Positions 21,508 through 34,816 of a stretch of DNA of 64,000 nucleotides are shown here, piece by piece (position 1 is the first letter of the stretch; each line of letters begins with the position of its first letter). Location: the sequence record MK327935.1; one strand, 5' to 3'. The position numbers were made by a program, and so were the translations under genes. The notes under the pieces are model-generated. The model ran no database searches and had not been told where the DNA came from. It was given only the letters and a program-made list of their open reading frames with translations. Origin of the DNA: Escherichia phage vB_EcoM_G2494.

Positions 21508-22396
21508 ATGTTTTCACATTTTTACAATTCGTCAATTAGACGGTATATTGTATTGCTGGGTAATTTATTCTCCGGCGTACAAATTAAAAGGGTGCGTAGC
21601 GACGGTGAGCGTTTTATTAAAGTTCCTATCACCTACGCAAAGAAAGAAAAATTCATGATGAGTCTGGACAAATATAACAATATCTCAAGTGAGGAAGACG
21701 TAGCAAAGGTAGAAACTATTTTACCGCGTATGTGTCTTTCTTTGATTGATATGACATACGCCCAGAACTTTAAAACAAATATTGCAAATAAGACAGTACC
21801 AAAATATACGGCTGATGGAATCAGGAGCGTAACACAATATAATCCTGTACCATATAAGTTTACTTTCGAGTTAGGGATTTATACGCGTACAATATAATCC
21901 TGTACCATATAAGTTTACTTTCGAGTTAGGGATTTATACGCGTAACGAAGATGATATGTTTCAGATAATTGAACAGATTCTTCCTTACTTCCAGCCTCAT
22001 TTTAACTGTAAGATTAAAGAACTACACGGTAATGATGTATGGATTGATCGAGATATTCAGGTCACTATTAGTTCTATTACTCCAGATGAACAGGTAGGCG
22101 AAGATAAGTTTTCTCGTCGTCGTCTTGAGTGGACCATTATGTTCGAATTTATCGGCTTTATATATCCTCCAGCTACCGACGTTAAGGGGGAAATTAGAAC
22201 GATTTATCTTGATTTTCATGCTAATTCTCGTGAATTAAATCCTAGCGGTAATTTTGAATCAGTGGATCACGAGGTCGTTAAACGTGACGTCGAGCAAGAA
22301 GATTGGGACGGAACAATCAAAGAATCATATTCTAGTGATATTCCAATACCAGTTGCACCAACTCCACCGGGTCCACGTATTGTAAGAGAATTTTAA
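21508..22396 (+). pseudogene. 15: gene 15 (tail sheath stabiliser/tail completion) split into two ORFs (21508..21897 and 21956..22396) by a frameshifting tandem duplication
   Basis: N-part ends ...ELGIYTRTI*, C-part starts MFQIIEQILPYFQPHF; removing one 55-bp repeat copy restores the continuous T4-like sequence ...GIYTRNEDDMFQIIEQ... Confidence 0.7.
21835..21944 (+). repeat. perfect 55-bp tandem direct duplication inside gene 15
   Basis: caatataatcctgtaccatataagtttactttcgagttagggatttatacgcgta present twice back to back (21835-21889 and 21890-21944). Confidence 0.85.
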
Positions 22397-22409
22397 GAGG
22401 TATTTTATT

Positions 22410-26015
<3,606 letters not shown>

Positions 26016-26049
26016 ATACGATAATGCATAAAAAGATGAGGAAATTCTA

Positions 26050-28053
26050 ATGACTCTATTATCACCGGGTTTCGAAACGAAAGAAACTACTCTCTCCACT
26101 ACCATTGTGCAATCTGCGAGTGGTCGCGCGGCGATGGTAGGTAAATTTCAATGGGGTCCAGCTTTCCAGATTGTTCAAGTAACTAATGAAGTTGAATTAG
26201 TTAATAAATTTGGTCAGCCGGATAATAACACCGCAGACTATTTCATGAGCGGGGCTAACTTCCTCCAGTATGGCAATGACCTGCGTGTTGTTCGTGTACT
26301 CAATAAAGAAAAAGCAAAAAACGCAACCGCACTGGCTGGTAACGTCGAGTTTGAAATCACAAACGAAGGTTCAAACTATGAAGTAGGCGATACCATCAAG
26401 ATTAAACATAACCGTCAAGATATTGAAACGGCTGGTAAAGTAACTAAAGTTGATGGTGATGGTAAAGTTAAGGGCGTATTTATCCCAACTGGTAAAATTA
26501 TCGCTCACGCTAAAGCAATCGGTGTATATCCAGAACTTGATGGCGGTTGGACGGCAGAGTTCACTTCTTCGTCAGGTAACGGTAGTGCGGCGCTGTCAGT
26601 AACTAAAATTGTTACTGATTCCGGTCTTCTGTTAACGGATCTGGAAACTTCCCGCGCCAATATCACAAATCAAACTTTCTTGACTAAACTCCAGAAGTAT
26701 GATATGCCAGCGGTAAGCGCGATCTATGCTGGTGAGATTGGCAACTCGCTGGAAGTTGAAATTCTGGCACGTAGCTCGTTCAGTGGCGCGGTAGCACCTG
26801 AATTAACTATGTATCCGTTCGGCGGAACTCGTTCCGCAGCACGCAACCTAATTCCATATGCACCGCAGAATGATAATCAATATGCGTTTATTGTTCGTCG
26901 AGATGGTGTTGTGGTAGAATCCTATGTACTGTCTACTCTGAAAGGGGATAAAGACGTATACGGCAATTCTATCTACATGGACGACTTCTTTGCTCGTGGT
27001 TCTAGCCAGTACATCTATGCAACCGCTCAGGGCTGGGTCGATGGTTTCAGTGGTATTATCTCTCTCGCTGGTGGTGTTTCTGCTAACGAAGCAACGACTG
27101 GTGGAGTTGGTTCTGATCCGTTCATCGGTGCGATGATGCAAGGTTGGGATCTGTTTGCTGAACGAGAATCTATTCACGTAAACCTGTTGATCGCTGGTGC
27201 ATGTGCTGGCGAAGGCGATGCGTTCTCTACCGTACAGAAACATGCTGTTTCCATCGGTGATGAGCGTCAGGATTGCTTAGTAATAGTTTCTCCGCCGCGT
27301 AGCACTGTTGTTAATATTCCGGTGACTACCGCAATTGATAACCTGATTGCATGGCGCGAAGGTTCAGGAAACTATAATGAAAACAACATGAACATTAATA
27401 CCACTTACGCGGTTATTGATGGTAACTACAAGTATCAGTATGACAAATACAACGACGTAAACCGTTGGGTTCCGTTGGCTGCTGATATTGCTGGTTTGTG
27501 CGCTCGTACTGATGCTGTATCCCAGCCGTGGATGAGTCCGGCAGGTTATAACCGTGGTCAGATCATGAACGTGGTTAAACTGGCTATTGAGCCTCGCAAG
27601 GCACACCGTGATCGTCTGTATCAGGCTGCAATTAACCCGGTGATCGGTGCTGGTGGTGAAGGGTTTATCCTGATGGGTGATAAAACCGCTACGACTGTTC
27701 CTAGCCCGTTTGACCGCATTAACGTTCGTCGTCTGTTTAACATGCTGAAAAAGAATATCGGCGATTCAAGCAAATACAAACTGTTTGAAAACAACGATAA
27801 CTTTACTCGCGCTTCCTTCCGTATGGAGGTTTCGCAATATCTCAGCACGATTCGCTCTCTTGGTGGCATTTATGACTTCCGAGTACAATGCGACACCACG
27901 AACAACACGCCGGATGTAATTGATCGTAACGAATTTGTTGCTAGTATGTTCATCAAACCAGCAAAATCGATCAACTATATCATGCTCAATTTCACTGCTG
28001 TTGCAACTGGTTCTGATTTTGACGAAATTATCGGTCCAGCTAACCAGGCATAA
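26050..28053 (+). CDS. 18: tail sheath protein gp18
   Basis: 667 aa, position and size; follows gp17. Confidence 0.85.
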   Translation: MTLLSPGFETKETTLSTTIVQSASGRAAMVGKFQWGPAFQIVQVTNEVELVNKFGQPDNNTADYFMSGANFLQYGNDLRVVRVLNKEKAKNATALAGNVEFEITNEGSNYEVGDTIKIKHNRQDIETAGKVTKVDGDGKVKGVFIPTGKIIAHAKAIGVYPELDGGWTAEFTSSSGNGSAALSVTKIVTDSGLLLTDLETSRANITNQTFLTKLQKYDMPAVSAIYAGEIGNSLEVEILARSSFSGAVAPELTMYPFGGTRSAARNLIPYAPQNDNQYAFIVRRDGVVVESYVLSTLKGDKDVYGNSIYMDDFFARGSSQYIYATAQGWVDGFSGIISLAGGVSANEATTGGVGSDPFIGAMMQGWDLFAERESIHVNLLIAGACAGEGDAFSTVQKHAVSIGDERQDCLVIVSPPRSTVVNIPVTTAIDNLIAWREGSGNYNENNMNINTTYAVIDGNYKYQYDKYNDVNRWVPLAADIAGLCARTDAVSQPWMSPAGYNRGQIMNVVKLAIEPRKAHRDRLYQAAINPVIGAGGEGFILMGDKTATTVPSPFDRINVRRLFNMLKKNIGDSSKYKLFENNDNFTRASFRMEVSQYLSTIRSLGGIYDFRVQCDTTNNTPDVIDRNEFVASMFIKPAKSINYIMLNFTAVATGSDFDEIIGPANQA

Positions 28054-28126
28054 TCAGTAAATTAGCATAGATTAAAAGTTAAATCAAGCGGGGAGAAAAT
28101 CCCCGCTCTATTAAGGAATATCAATT

Positions 28127-28621
28127 ATGGCACTCGATTTGAATGATATTACACGCGGTTTCGAGTCTGGCGATTTTGCTCGTCCTAACCTGTTTGAAGT
28201 TGAGATCCCGTATCTGGGGCAAAACTTTAAGCTGATGTGTAAGGCTGCGACTGTCCCTGCTGCTACCGTAGAAAAAATTGCTGTAGGCTATCAAAACCGT
28301 AAAATTAACATCGCTGGCGACCGTGTATACGACGACTGGACCATCACTGTATTCAACGATGACGCACACAAGATCCGTGATGCTATCGTTGCATGGAGCG
28401 ATCAGACACATGGCACAGGTTCGGCGATCACTGGTGCAACTCCTGCACAATATAAGAAACAAGCTATTGTTCGTCAACTTAACCGTAACACCGAATCAAC
28501 TAGCGAAAAAACATTGTACGGTATTTTCCCGACCAACGTTGGTGAAGTAACCCTCGATTGGGAACAAAACAACGAAGTTGAAACGTTTGAAGTTACTTTT
28601 GCTATCGATTGGGTAGAATAA
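28127..28621 (+). CDS. 19: tail tube protein gp19
   Basis: 164 aa, position and size. Confidence 0.85.
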   Translation: MALDLNDITRGFESGDFARPNLFEVEIPYLGQNFKLMCKAATVPAATVEKIAVGYQNRKINIAGDRVYDDWTITVFNDDAHKIRDAIVAWSDQTHGTGSAITGATPAQYKKQAIVRQLNRNTESTSEKTLYGIFPTNVGEVTLDWEQNNEVETFEVTFAIDWVE

Positions 28622-28679
28622 ATATATTATCATGCGGGGAGAAGTTCCCCGCCTAATTTCTCCCAATTCGAGGTGAATA

Positions 28680-30245
28680 ATGTTTAGTAGATTAAAAATG
28701 CTTGCGCGTTGGGCTGATTTTGACAACGACAAATACGAAGAACAAATTAAAGATAAAGCAGAGTCTATCGCCGCACCTAAAAACAATGATGGTGCTACGG
28801 AAGTAGAAATTAATGATAATTTACCTGCTAGCGCGTGGAACTCTCTTACCCAGCAATTTTACAGCACCGACCAGAAAATCAGCACAACTAAGCAATTAGT
28901 TAACACATATCGCGGTTTGATGAATAACCATGAAGTCGAAAACGCTGTACAAAATATCGTTAACGATGCGATTGTATTTGAAGAAGGTCATGAAGTTGTT
29001 TCATTAAATCTTGAGGAGACTGGCTTTAGTGAATCTGTAAAAGAGCGCATTCATGAAGAATTTAAAGATCTTTTAAACACTATCCAGTTTGATAGGCGCG
29101 GTCAGGATATGTTCCGTCGCTGGTATGTCGATTCTCGTATTTTCTTCCATAAAATCATCGGCAAAAATCCAAAAGATGGTATCGTAGAATTACGCCAGCT
29201 TGACCCACGTAATCTTGAATATGTTCGCGAGATCATTACAGAAGACACACCGGAAGGTAAAATTTATAAAGCAACGAAAGAATATTTCATTTACACTGTA
29301 GGCAATAGCTCTTATTGCGCAGGTGGTCAAGTATTCTCTCCTAATAGTCGCGTTAAAATCCCGCGTAGTGCTATTACATACGCTCACAGCGGCTTGATGG
29401 ATTGCGATGATAAATATATCATTGGTTATTTGCATCGGGCTGTTAAGCCAGCAAACCAGCTTAAATTGTTGGAAGACGCAATGGTCGTTTATCGTATCAC
29501 GCGTGCACCGGAACGCCGAGTGTTCTTTATTGATACCGGAAACATGAACAACCGCAAGGCTGCACAGCACATGAACTCAGTGGCACAGTCTTTTAAAAAC
29601 CGCGTTGTTTATGATGCATCGACTGGTAAACTTAAAAACCAGCAAGCAAATCTATCAATGACAGAGGACTACTGGTTACAGCGTCGAGATGGTAAAGCAA
29701 TAACCGACGTTACTACTTTACCCGGTGCATCCGGTATGAGTGATATCGATGATATTCGCTACTTTAACCGTAAATTGTATGAAGCGTTGCGTGTACCATT
29801 GTCCCGTAGTAATCTCTCTGATGCTAATATGGTTATTGGTGGTGACGGTTCAGAAATTACTCGCGATGAGTTGGAATTTTCGAAATTCATTAGAACTCTG
29901 CAATCACAGTTTTCGGAAGTATTGCGCGATCCACTTAAATATAATCTGATCCTTAAAAATGTAATTACGGAAGACGATTGGGATCGTGAAATAAATAATA
30001 TCAAGGTGGTTTTCCATCGGGACTCTTATTATACAGAAGTTAAAGACGCGGAAATTTTAGAACGTCGAATCGGTCTAATCGAACGTATCGCCCCTTACAT
30101 TGGTAAGTATTTCTCTAACCAGACAGTGATGCGTGACATTCTGAAATATACCGATGACCAGATGGACACCGAGAAGAAACAGATCGAAGAAGAAGCGAAC
30201 GATCCGCGCTTTAAACAAACTCCCGATGAAATAGAGGATTTTTAA
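28680..30245 (+). CDS. 20: portal vertex protein gp20
   Basis: 521 aa, position and size. Confidence 0.85.
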   Translation: MFSRLKMLARWADFDNDKYEEQIKDKAESIAAPKNNDGATEVEINDNLPASAWNSLTQQFYSTDQKISTTKQLVNTYRGLMNNHEVENAVQNIVNDAIVFEEGHEVVSLNLEETGFSESVKERIHEEFKDLLNTIQFDRRGQDMFRRWYVDSRIFFHKIIGKNPKDGIVELRQLDPRNLEYVREIITEDTPEGKIYKATKEYFIYTVGNSSYCAGGQVFSPNSRVKIPRSAITYAHSGLMDCDDKYIIGYLHRAVKPANQLKLLEDAMVVYRITRAPERRVFFIDTGNMNNRKAAQHMNSVAQSFKNRVVYDASTGKLKNQQANLSMTEDYWLQRRDGKAITDVTTLPGASGMSDIDDIRYFNRKLYEALRVPLSRSNLSDANMVIGGDGSEITRDELEFSKFIRTLQSQFSEVLRDPLKYNLILKNVITEDDWDREINNIKVVFHRDSYYTEVKDAEILERRIGLIERIAPYIGKYFSNQTVMRDILKYTDDQMDTEKKQIEEEANDPRFKQTPDEIEDF

Positions 30246-30485
30246 ATGAAACAATTTATCGAAGCAATTAAAACTCGCGATCTAACGCTGATCGAAAAAG
30301 AATTTGATAAGATCATGGAGGCTAAAAAAGCCCAGATCATCGAATCCCAGCGTGTCGAAATCGCATCCAGCGTCATGATCGAAGGTGAAGAAGAAAAAGA
30401 CCGCGATGATGAAGATATGGAAGATGAGGACGACGAAGACGAAGATCGCAAAGACGATAAAAAAGACAAAGAAGACGACGAATAA
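30246..30485 (+). CDS. 67: prohead core protein gp67
   Basis: 79 aa with highly acidic C-terminus (EDEDDEDEDRKDDKKDKEDDE) as T4 gp67. Confidence 0.7.
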   Translation: MKQFIEAIKTRDLTLIEKEFDKIMEAKKAQIIESQRVEIASSVMIEGEEEKDRDDEDMEDEDDEDEDRKDDKKDKEDDE

Positions 30486-30497
30486 TAGGAAGCCAAC

Positions 30498-30905
30498 ATG
30501 ATTAAAGATTTTACTCCTAAAGCTGACTTAGAAACTTTTCTGCCGGAAGCACAGGAAAAATTGGACATGTTGGCTATGTTTGAGTCAGAAGAACTATTGA
30601 AAATCGTTGAAGGTATCTCCGAGGATGAGCCGGAACTGGCGGTAGCAATGCTGTCTATCATCGACGGAATTACTGTAAATGAAGCAATGGTTAAACATGT
30701 AAACGCACGCGGGGAAGTTGCACGTAAGAAAGATCGCAAAACCCGTGAGCGTAATGCTTACATGACTACTGGCCTAAGCAAAGCTAAACGCCGTCAAATT
30801 GCCCGTCGTGCTGCAAAAACCAAACGTGCAAATCCATCTATCGAACGTCATGCGGAACGTAAGCGCAAAAAAGCAATGCGTAAACGTAAGGCGTTAGGAT
30901 TATAA
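30498..30905 (+). CDS. 68: prohead core protein gp68
   Basis: 135 aa, basic C-terminus, position between 67 and 21. Confidence 0.65.
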   Translation: MIKDFTPKADLETFLPEAQEKLDMLAMFESEELLKIVEGISEDEPELAVAMLSIIDGITVNEAMVKHVNARGEVARKKDRKTRERNAYMTTGLSKAKRRQIARRAAKTKRANPSIERHAERKRKKAMRKRKALGL

Positions 30906-30916
30906 CAGGAAACAAC

Positions 30917-31612
30917 ATGGAAAAGAACGAATTACTGATCGAACAATGGGGCGTTCCTTGTGCTCGCGGTAGTTCGTCATTGCTTGAATCATTTGATGAT
31001 AAGGCTACAGGAAATCTCTATATTCAAGGGATTTTCCTGCAAGCCGAAACAGTAAACCGTAATAAACGCTGGTATCCTCGCAGTGTTCTAGAAAATGCGG
31101 TTACTAAATACATACATGAACAAGTTGAGACACATCAAGCTCTAGGCGAACTTAATCACCCAGCAAGAGCAATGCCAGATCCATCCAATGCTTGCATCAT
31201 AATTGAAAAATTATGGTGGGAAGGTAATAACGTGATGGGTAAAGCCCGTGTTATTGAAGGGGATAAAGGCGCAGGTGATAAACTTGCTGCACTGATTCGC
31301 GCTGGCTGGATTCCTGGCGTTTCCTCCCGTGGGTTGGGTCGGTTGAAAGACTCTGGTCGCGGATACAATATTGTACAGGAAGGTTTTGTGTTGACGGTTG
31401 GTGTTGATGTTGTATGGGGTCCGAGCGCACCAGATGCGTGGGTAACTCCTGTGGTTGAGTCAACGGATAGCGATTCTAGCGCGTCAGACGCACCAGAAAG
31501 CGATAAAACCGAAAAAGTGATTAACCCTACAGCCTCACAACAAAACATCGTAGAATCGAATAATAGCGCGTTTATGGCGCTCGCAGAAGCGTTATCTAAA
31601 CGCTATAAATAA
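30917..31612 (+). CDS. 21: prohead core scaffold protease gp21
   Basis: 231 aa, position; LIEQWG N-terminus. Confidence 0.8.
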   Translation: MEKNELLIEQWGVPCARGSSSLLESFDDKATGNLYIQGIFLQAETVNRNKRWYPRSVLENAVTKYIHEQVETHQALGELNHPARAMPDPSNACIIIEKLWWEGNNVMGKARVIEGDKGAGDKLAALIRAGWIPGVSSRGLGRLKDSGRGYNIVQEGFVLTVGVDVVWGPSAPDAWVTPVVESTDSDSSASDAPESDKTEKVINPTASQQNIVESNNSAFMALAEALSKRYK

Positions 31613-31643
31613 TAACGTCGTTATCAACAAGAAGGTTATAACC

Positions 31644-32438
31644 ATGCTTAAAGAAATGCTGCTCGAAGAAGCAAAACAGATCACCGTAGACGTTGCTCTC
31701 GATGACCTGTTTGAATCCGTCGAACTGTCGCCGGAAGTAAAAGAAAATTTTGGTACTATCTACGCTCAGGCGGTAAAAGCTAATGCTGTTGCACTGGCAG
31801 AAAGCCACATTGAAAAAATCGCCGCTAAAGCCGATGAACTGGTAGAATCAAAGGTCGAAGAAGCACGCACCGAGATTGAAACCAAACTGTACGAAGATGC
31901 AGATAAATTCCTGAATCACTTAGGCGCTAAATGGCTGGCGGAAAATAAAGAAGCCGTTACCCGTAATATTAAAGCGGATCTGTGCGAATCCCTGATTGGT
32001 TCTCTGAAAGATGTTTTCGTTACTCACAATGTTGTAGTACCGGAAGAATCTGTAGACGTTGTTTCTGAACTTGACGAAGCACTCAAAGAAGAAAAAGAAA
32101 AAACCTCCGAACTCTTTGATGCCAAACTGCAACTTGAAAGCGAAATTCGTGGCATGAAGCGCGAACAAGCGATCAATGAAAGCACTCGTGATCTTTCCGA
32201 TACTCAGAAAGAAAAAGTAACCGCGCTGATTGAAGGTCTGGAATATAGCGAAACTTTCGATAAGAAATTAACTGCAATTGTCGAAATGGTTGCTAAGAAA
32301 GAAGACAAACCAGCGAAGATTGAAGAATCACTAAATACTGATGCCGACAAGCTGAATGTTATTGCAGAAGCTGTCGAAGAATCAGAGAAAAAGGCAACTG
32401 TAGATTCCGGCGTATCCCGCTACCTGAATTTCATCTAA
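31644..32438 (+). CDS. 22: prohead core scaffold protein gp22
   Basis: 264 aa, Glu/Lys-rich helical scaffold-like, position. Confidence 0.8.
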   Translation: MLKEMLLEEAKQITVDVALDDLFESVELSPEVKENFGTIYAQAVKANAVALAESHIEKIAAKADELVESKVEEARTEIETKLYEDADKFLNHLGAKWLAENKEAVTRNIKADLCESLIGSLKDVFVTHNVVVPEESVDVVSELDEALKEEKEKTSELFDAKLQLESEIRGMKREQAINESTRDLSDTQKEKVTALIEGLEYSETFDKKLTAIVEMVAKKEDKPAKIEESLNTDADKLNVIAEAVEESEKKATVDSGVSRYLNFI

Positions 32439-32456
32439 TGTAATTCAAATCTACTT

Positions 32457-32464
32457 TATAAATA
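32457..32464 (+). promoter_or_regulatory. T4-type late promoter TATAAATA upstream of gp23
   Basis: exact TATAAATA ~34 nt upstream of ATG. Confidence 0.6.
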
Positions 32465-32497
32465 CTTTAGGTTAACAACAAACAAGGTTTAAAGAAC

Positions 32498-34081
32498 ATG
32501 AAAACTACCAAAGAACTGATGGAAAAATGGTCCCCGCTGCTGGAGAACGAAAAACTGCCGGAAATCGCAACTGCGTCTAAGCAGAAACTGGTTGCTAAAA
32601 TTCTGGAATCTCAGGAAGCGGATTTTGCTGTAGACCCGATCTATAAGGATGAAAAAGTTGTTGAAGCATTTGGTGGCTTTATCACCGAAGCAGAAGTTGC
32701 TGGCGACCACGGTTACGATGCATCCAAAATCGCCGCAGGTCAGACCACTGGTGCAATCACCAACGTAGGTCCGGCTGTTATCGGTATGGTTCGCCGTGCT
32801 ATCCCTAACCTGATCGCATTTGATATTTGTGGCGTTCAGCCGATGAGCACTCCGACTAGCCAGATCTTTGCAATCCGTTCTGTATACGGTGGCGATCCGC
32901 TGAAATCCGATGCTCGCGAAGCATTCCACCCGATGTTTGCGCCGGATGTATATCATAGCTCTCTTGCCGCTAAAGACGCAACCGCAAGCTCTCCGACTGG
33001 TACTGCATTCCAGAAACTGCAAAACAGCCAAGCAATCAACGAAGGTGATATTGTATATCACGTATTCGAACAGACTGGTATTGCATATCTGCAAAACGTT
33101 AAAGGTTCTACCGTAACACCTACTCAGGCGGGAGATACCCTTGATGAATGCGTAATGAAGCTGATCGAAAAAGGCGAACTGGCTGAAATTGCTGCTGGTA
33201 TGGCTACTTCCATCGCTGAATTGCAGCAAGGGTTTAATGGTTCTCAGAATAACCCGTGGAACGAAATGTCAATGCGTATTGACAAACAGGTTGTTGAAGC
33301 GAAATCTCGCCAACTGAAAGCCCGTTACTCTATCGAAGTTGCGCAGGATCTGCGTGCTGTACACGGTATGGATGCTGACGCTGAACTGAATGCTATCCTG
33401 GCTAACGAAGTTCTGCTGGAAATCAACCGTGAAATCGTTGACGTCATCAACTTTACCGCTCAGGTTGGTAAGACTGGTATGACTCAGACCGTTGGTTCTA
33501 AAGCTGGTGTATTTGACCTGCAAGACCCGATCGATACTCGCGGTGCTCGTTGGGCTGGTGAATCCTTCAAATCTCTGATCTATCAGATCGACAAAGAAGC
33601 TGCTGAAATCGCTCGTCAGACTGGTCGCGGTGCTGGTAACTTTATTATCGCTTCCCGTAACGTTGTAAACATTCTGGCTTCTGCTGATCAGGGTATCAGT
33701 CTTGCTATGCAGGGTGCTGCACAGGGTCTGAACACCGACACCACTAAAGCTGTTTTCGCTGGTGTTCTGGCTGGTAAGTATAAAGTATTCATCGACCAGT
33801 ATGCTCGTCAGGACTACTTCACCGTAGGTTACAAAGGCGACAACGAAATGGATGCTGGTATCTACTATGCTCCGTATGTTGCTCTGACTCCGCTGCGTGC
33901 AACTGATCCGCAGTCTTTCCACCCGGTTCTGGGCTTCAAGACTCGCTACGGCATCGGTATTAACCCGTTTGCAGACAGCAAATCCCAGGCACCGTCCGCT
34001 CGCATCACCTCCGGTATGTTGAGCAAAGACAGCGTAGGTAAAAACGCATACTTCCGTCGTGTATGGGTTAAAGGTTGCTAA
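32498..34081 (+). CDS. 23: major capsid protein gp23
   Basis: 527 aa; near-collinear identity to T4 gp23 (PLLENEKLPEI, GDHGYDASKIAAGQT, MVRRAIPNLIAFDICGVQPM, GIYYAPYVALTPLR, KTRYGIGINPFA, NAYFRRV). Confidence 0.95.
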   Translation: MKTTKELMEKWSPLLENEKLPEIATASKQKLVAKILESQEADFAVDPIYKDEKVVEAFGGFITEAEVAGDHGYDASKIAAGQTTGAITNVGPAVIGMVRRAIPNLIAFDICGVQPMSTPTSQIFAIRSVYGGDPLKSDAREAFHPMFAPDVYHSSLAAKDATASSPTGTAFQKLQNSQAINEGDIVYHVFEQTGIAYLQNVKGSTVTPTQAGDTLDECVMKLIEKGELAEIAAGMATSIAELQQGFNGSQNNPWNEMSMRIDKQVVEAKSRQLKARYSIEVAQDLRAVHGMDADAELNAILANEVLLEINREIVDVINFTAQVGKTGMTQTVGSKAGVFDLQDPIDTRGARWAGESFKSLIYQIDKEAAEIARQTGRGAGNFIIASRNVVNILASADQGISLAMQGAAQGLNTDTTKAVFAGVLAGKYKVFIDQYARQDYFTVGYKGDNEMDAGIYYAPYVALTPLRATDPQSFHPVLGFKTRYGIGINPFADSKSQAPSARITSGMLSKDSVGKNAYFRRVWVKGC

Positions 34082-34166
34082 TATAAGCCAATTCCTGAAA
34101 ACTCCGGTCGGGTGCAATACCCGACTTATCATAAACCTTATGACAGTGTAAAGTGTTAATTCCAAA

Positions 34167-34196
34167 GGGAAGACTCGAAAGGGTCTTCCCTTTTTG
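34167..34196 (+). terminator. rho-independent terminator after gp23
   Basis: GGGAAGAC...GTCTTCCC hairpin followed by TTTTT. Confidence 0.7.
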
Positions 34197-34211
34197 CGTA
34201 TTATATCCCGT

Positions 34212-34219
34212 TATAAATA
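34212..34219 (+). promoter_or_regulatory. late promoter-like TATAAATA
   Basis: exact motif in gp23-gp24 spacer. Confidence 0.4.
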
Positions 34220-34394
34220 AGGTTGCAAGCCTATATTCTATTGGGAGCGAAAATAGATACACACAACAAAGACAGGAAGATGCAGAACATCGGTGGGTTG
34301 CTAGCCTAAATCCGGTGGCTATAATATGTGATTTCTTTTGATGCTGGATTTATTAAAACACAACAAACAATTCCACCAATTTTCGTAGTAACTG

Positions 34395-34547
34395 CATGGC
34401 AAAGGGACAAATGAATGAAATGAGCGTTCATGTTGATATTGGGTCGGATAGATTTTGTAGATATACAGATCTGGTGTATGCCGACCTTGTTATGACATTC
34501 CAGCGTGACGCTAGCGGTAATTTTTGGTTTTGGTACGCTGTTCCCTG
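34395..34547 (+). CDS. small hypothetical ORF (50 aa)
   Basis: ATG..TGA open frame in gp23-gp24 spacer; weak support. Confidence 0.25.
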
Positions 34548-34580
34548 AATTAACCCAAAATTCTCCATAAGGAGGAATGC

Positions 34581-34733
34581 ATGAGTAAGAAAGAAAACAG
34601 CTATGTTATGACTCGTAAGGAATACAACGAATTGATGTTAGCATTAGCTTATGCAATTATTCGTTCTGATCATGCAATTAATCTGGTAAACAAAGTTAAC
34701 CGTAGCGTTGATAATGTTTCTAGGAAGAAGTAA
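34581..34733 (+). CDS. small hypothetical ORF (50 aa)
   Basis: strong SD AAGGAGG before ATG; followed by hairpin GGAATCCTTCGGATTCC plus T-run. Confidence 0.4.
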   Translation: MSKKENSYVMTRKEYNELMLALAYAIIRSDHAINLVNKVNRSVDNVSRKK

Positions 34734-34742
34734 GTTTATTTT

Positions 34743-34770
34743 GGAATCCTTCGGATTCCTTTTTCTTTTT
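34743..34770 (+). terminator. rho-independent terminator
   Basis: GGAATCC-TTCG-GATTCC followed by TTTTTCTTTTT. Confidence 0.65.
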
Positions 34771-34771
34771 G

Positions 34772-34779
34772 TATAAATA
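34772..34779 (+). promoter_or_regulatory. T4-type late promoter TATAAATA upstream of gp24
   Basis: exact motif ~38 nt upstream of the MTHIF start. Confidence 0.55.
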
Positions 34780-34816
34780 TGATATATCCATTAAGGCAAA
34801 TACAGGATTCATAAAC

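Noticed and set aside
21508-22396. Programmed +1 ribosomal frameshift as explanation for the split gene 15
   Set aside because: The frame change coincides exactly with a perfect 55-bp tandem repeat whose removal restores the ancestral sequence; there is no slippery site or stimulatory structure.
30242-30739. Ser-rich 165-aa minus-strand ORF
   Set aside because: Complement of the acidic GAA/GAT-rich codons of gp67/gp68, which reads as poly-Ser; an artefact of composition.
32489-34165. Two long minus-strand ORFs (246 and 298 aa) overlapping gp23
   Set aside because: Antisense to the highly conserved major capsid gene; low-complexity composition, no RBS or promoter; typical shadow ORFs.
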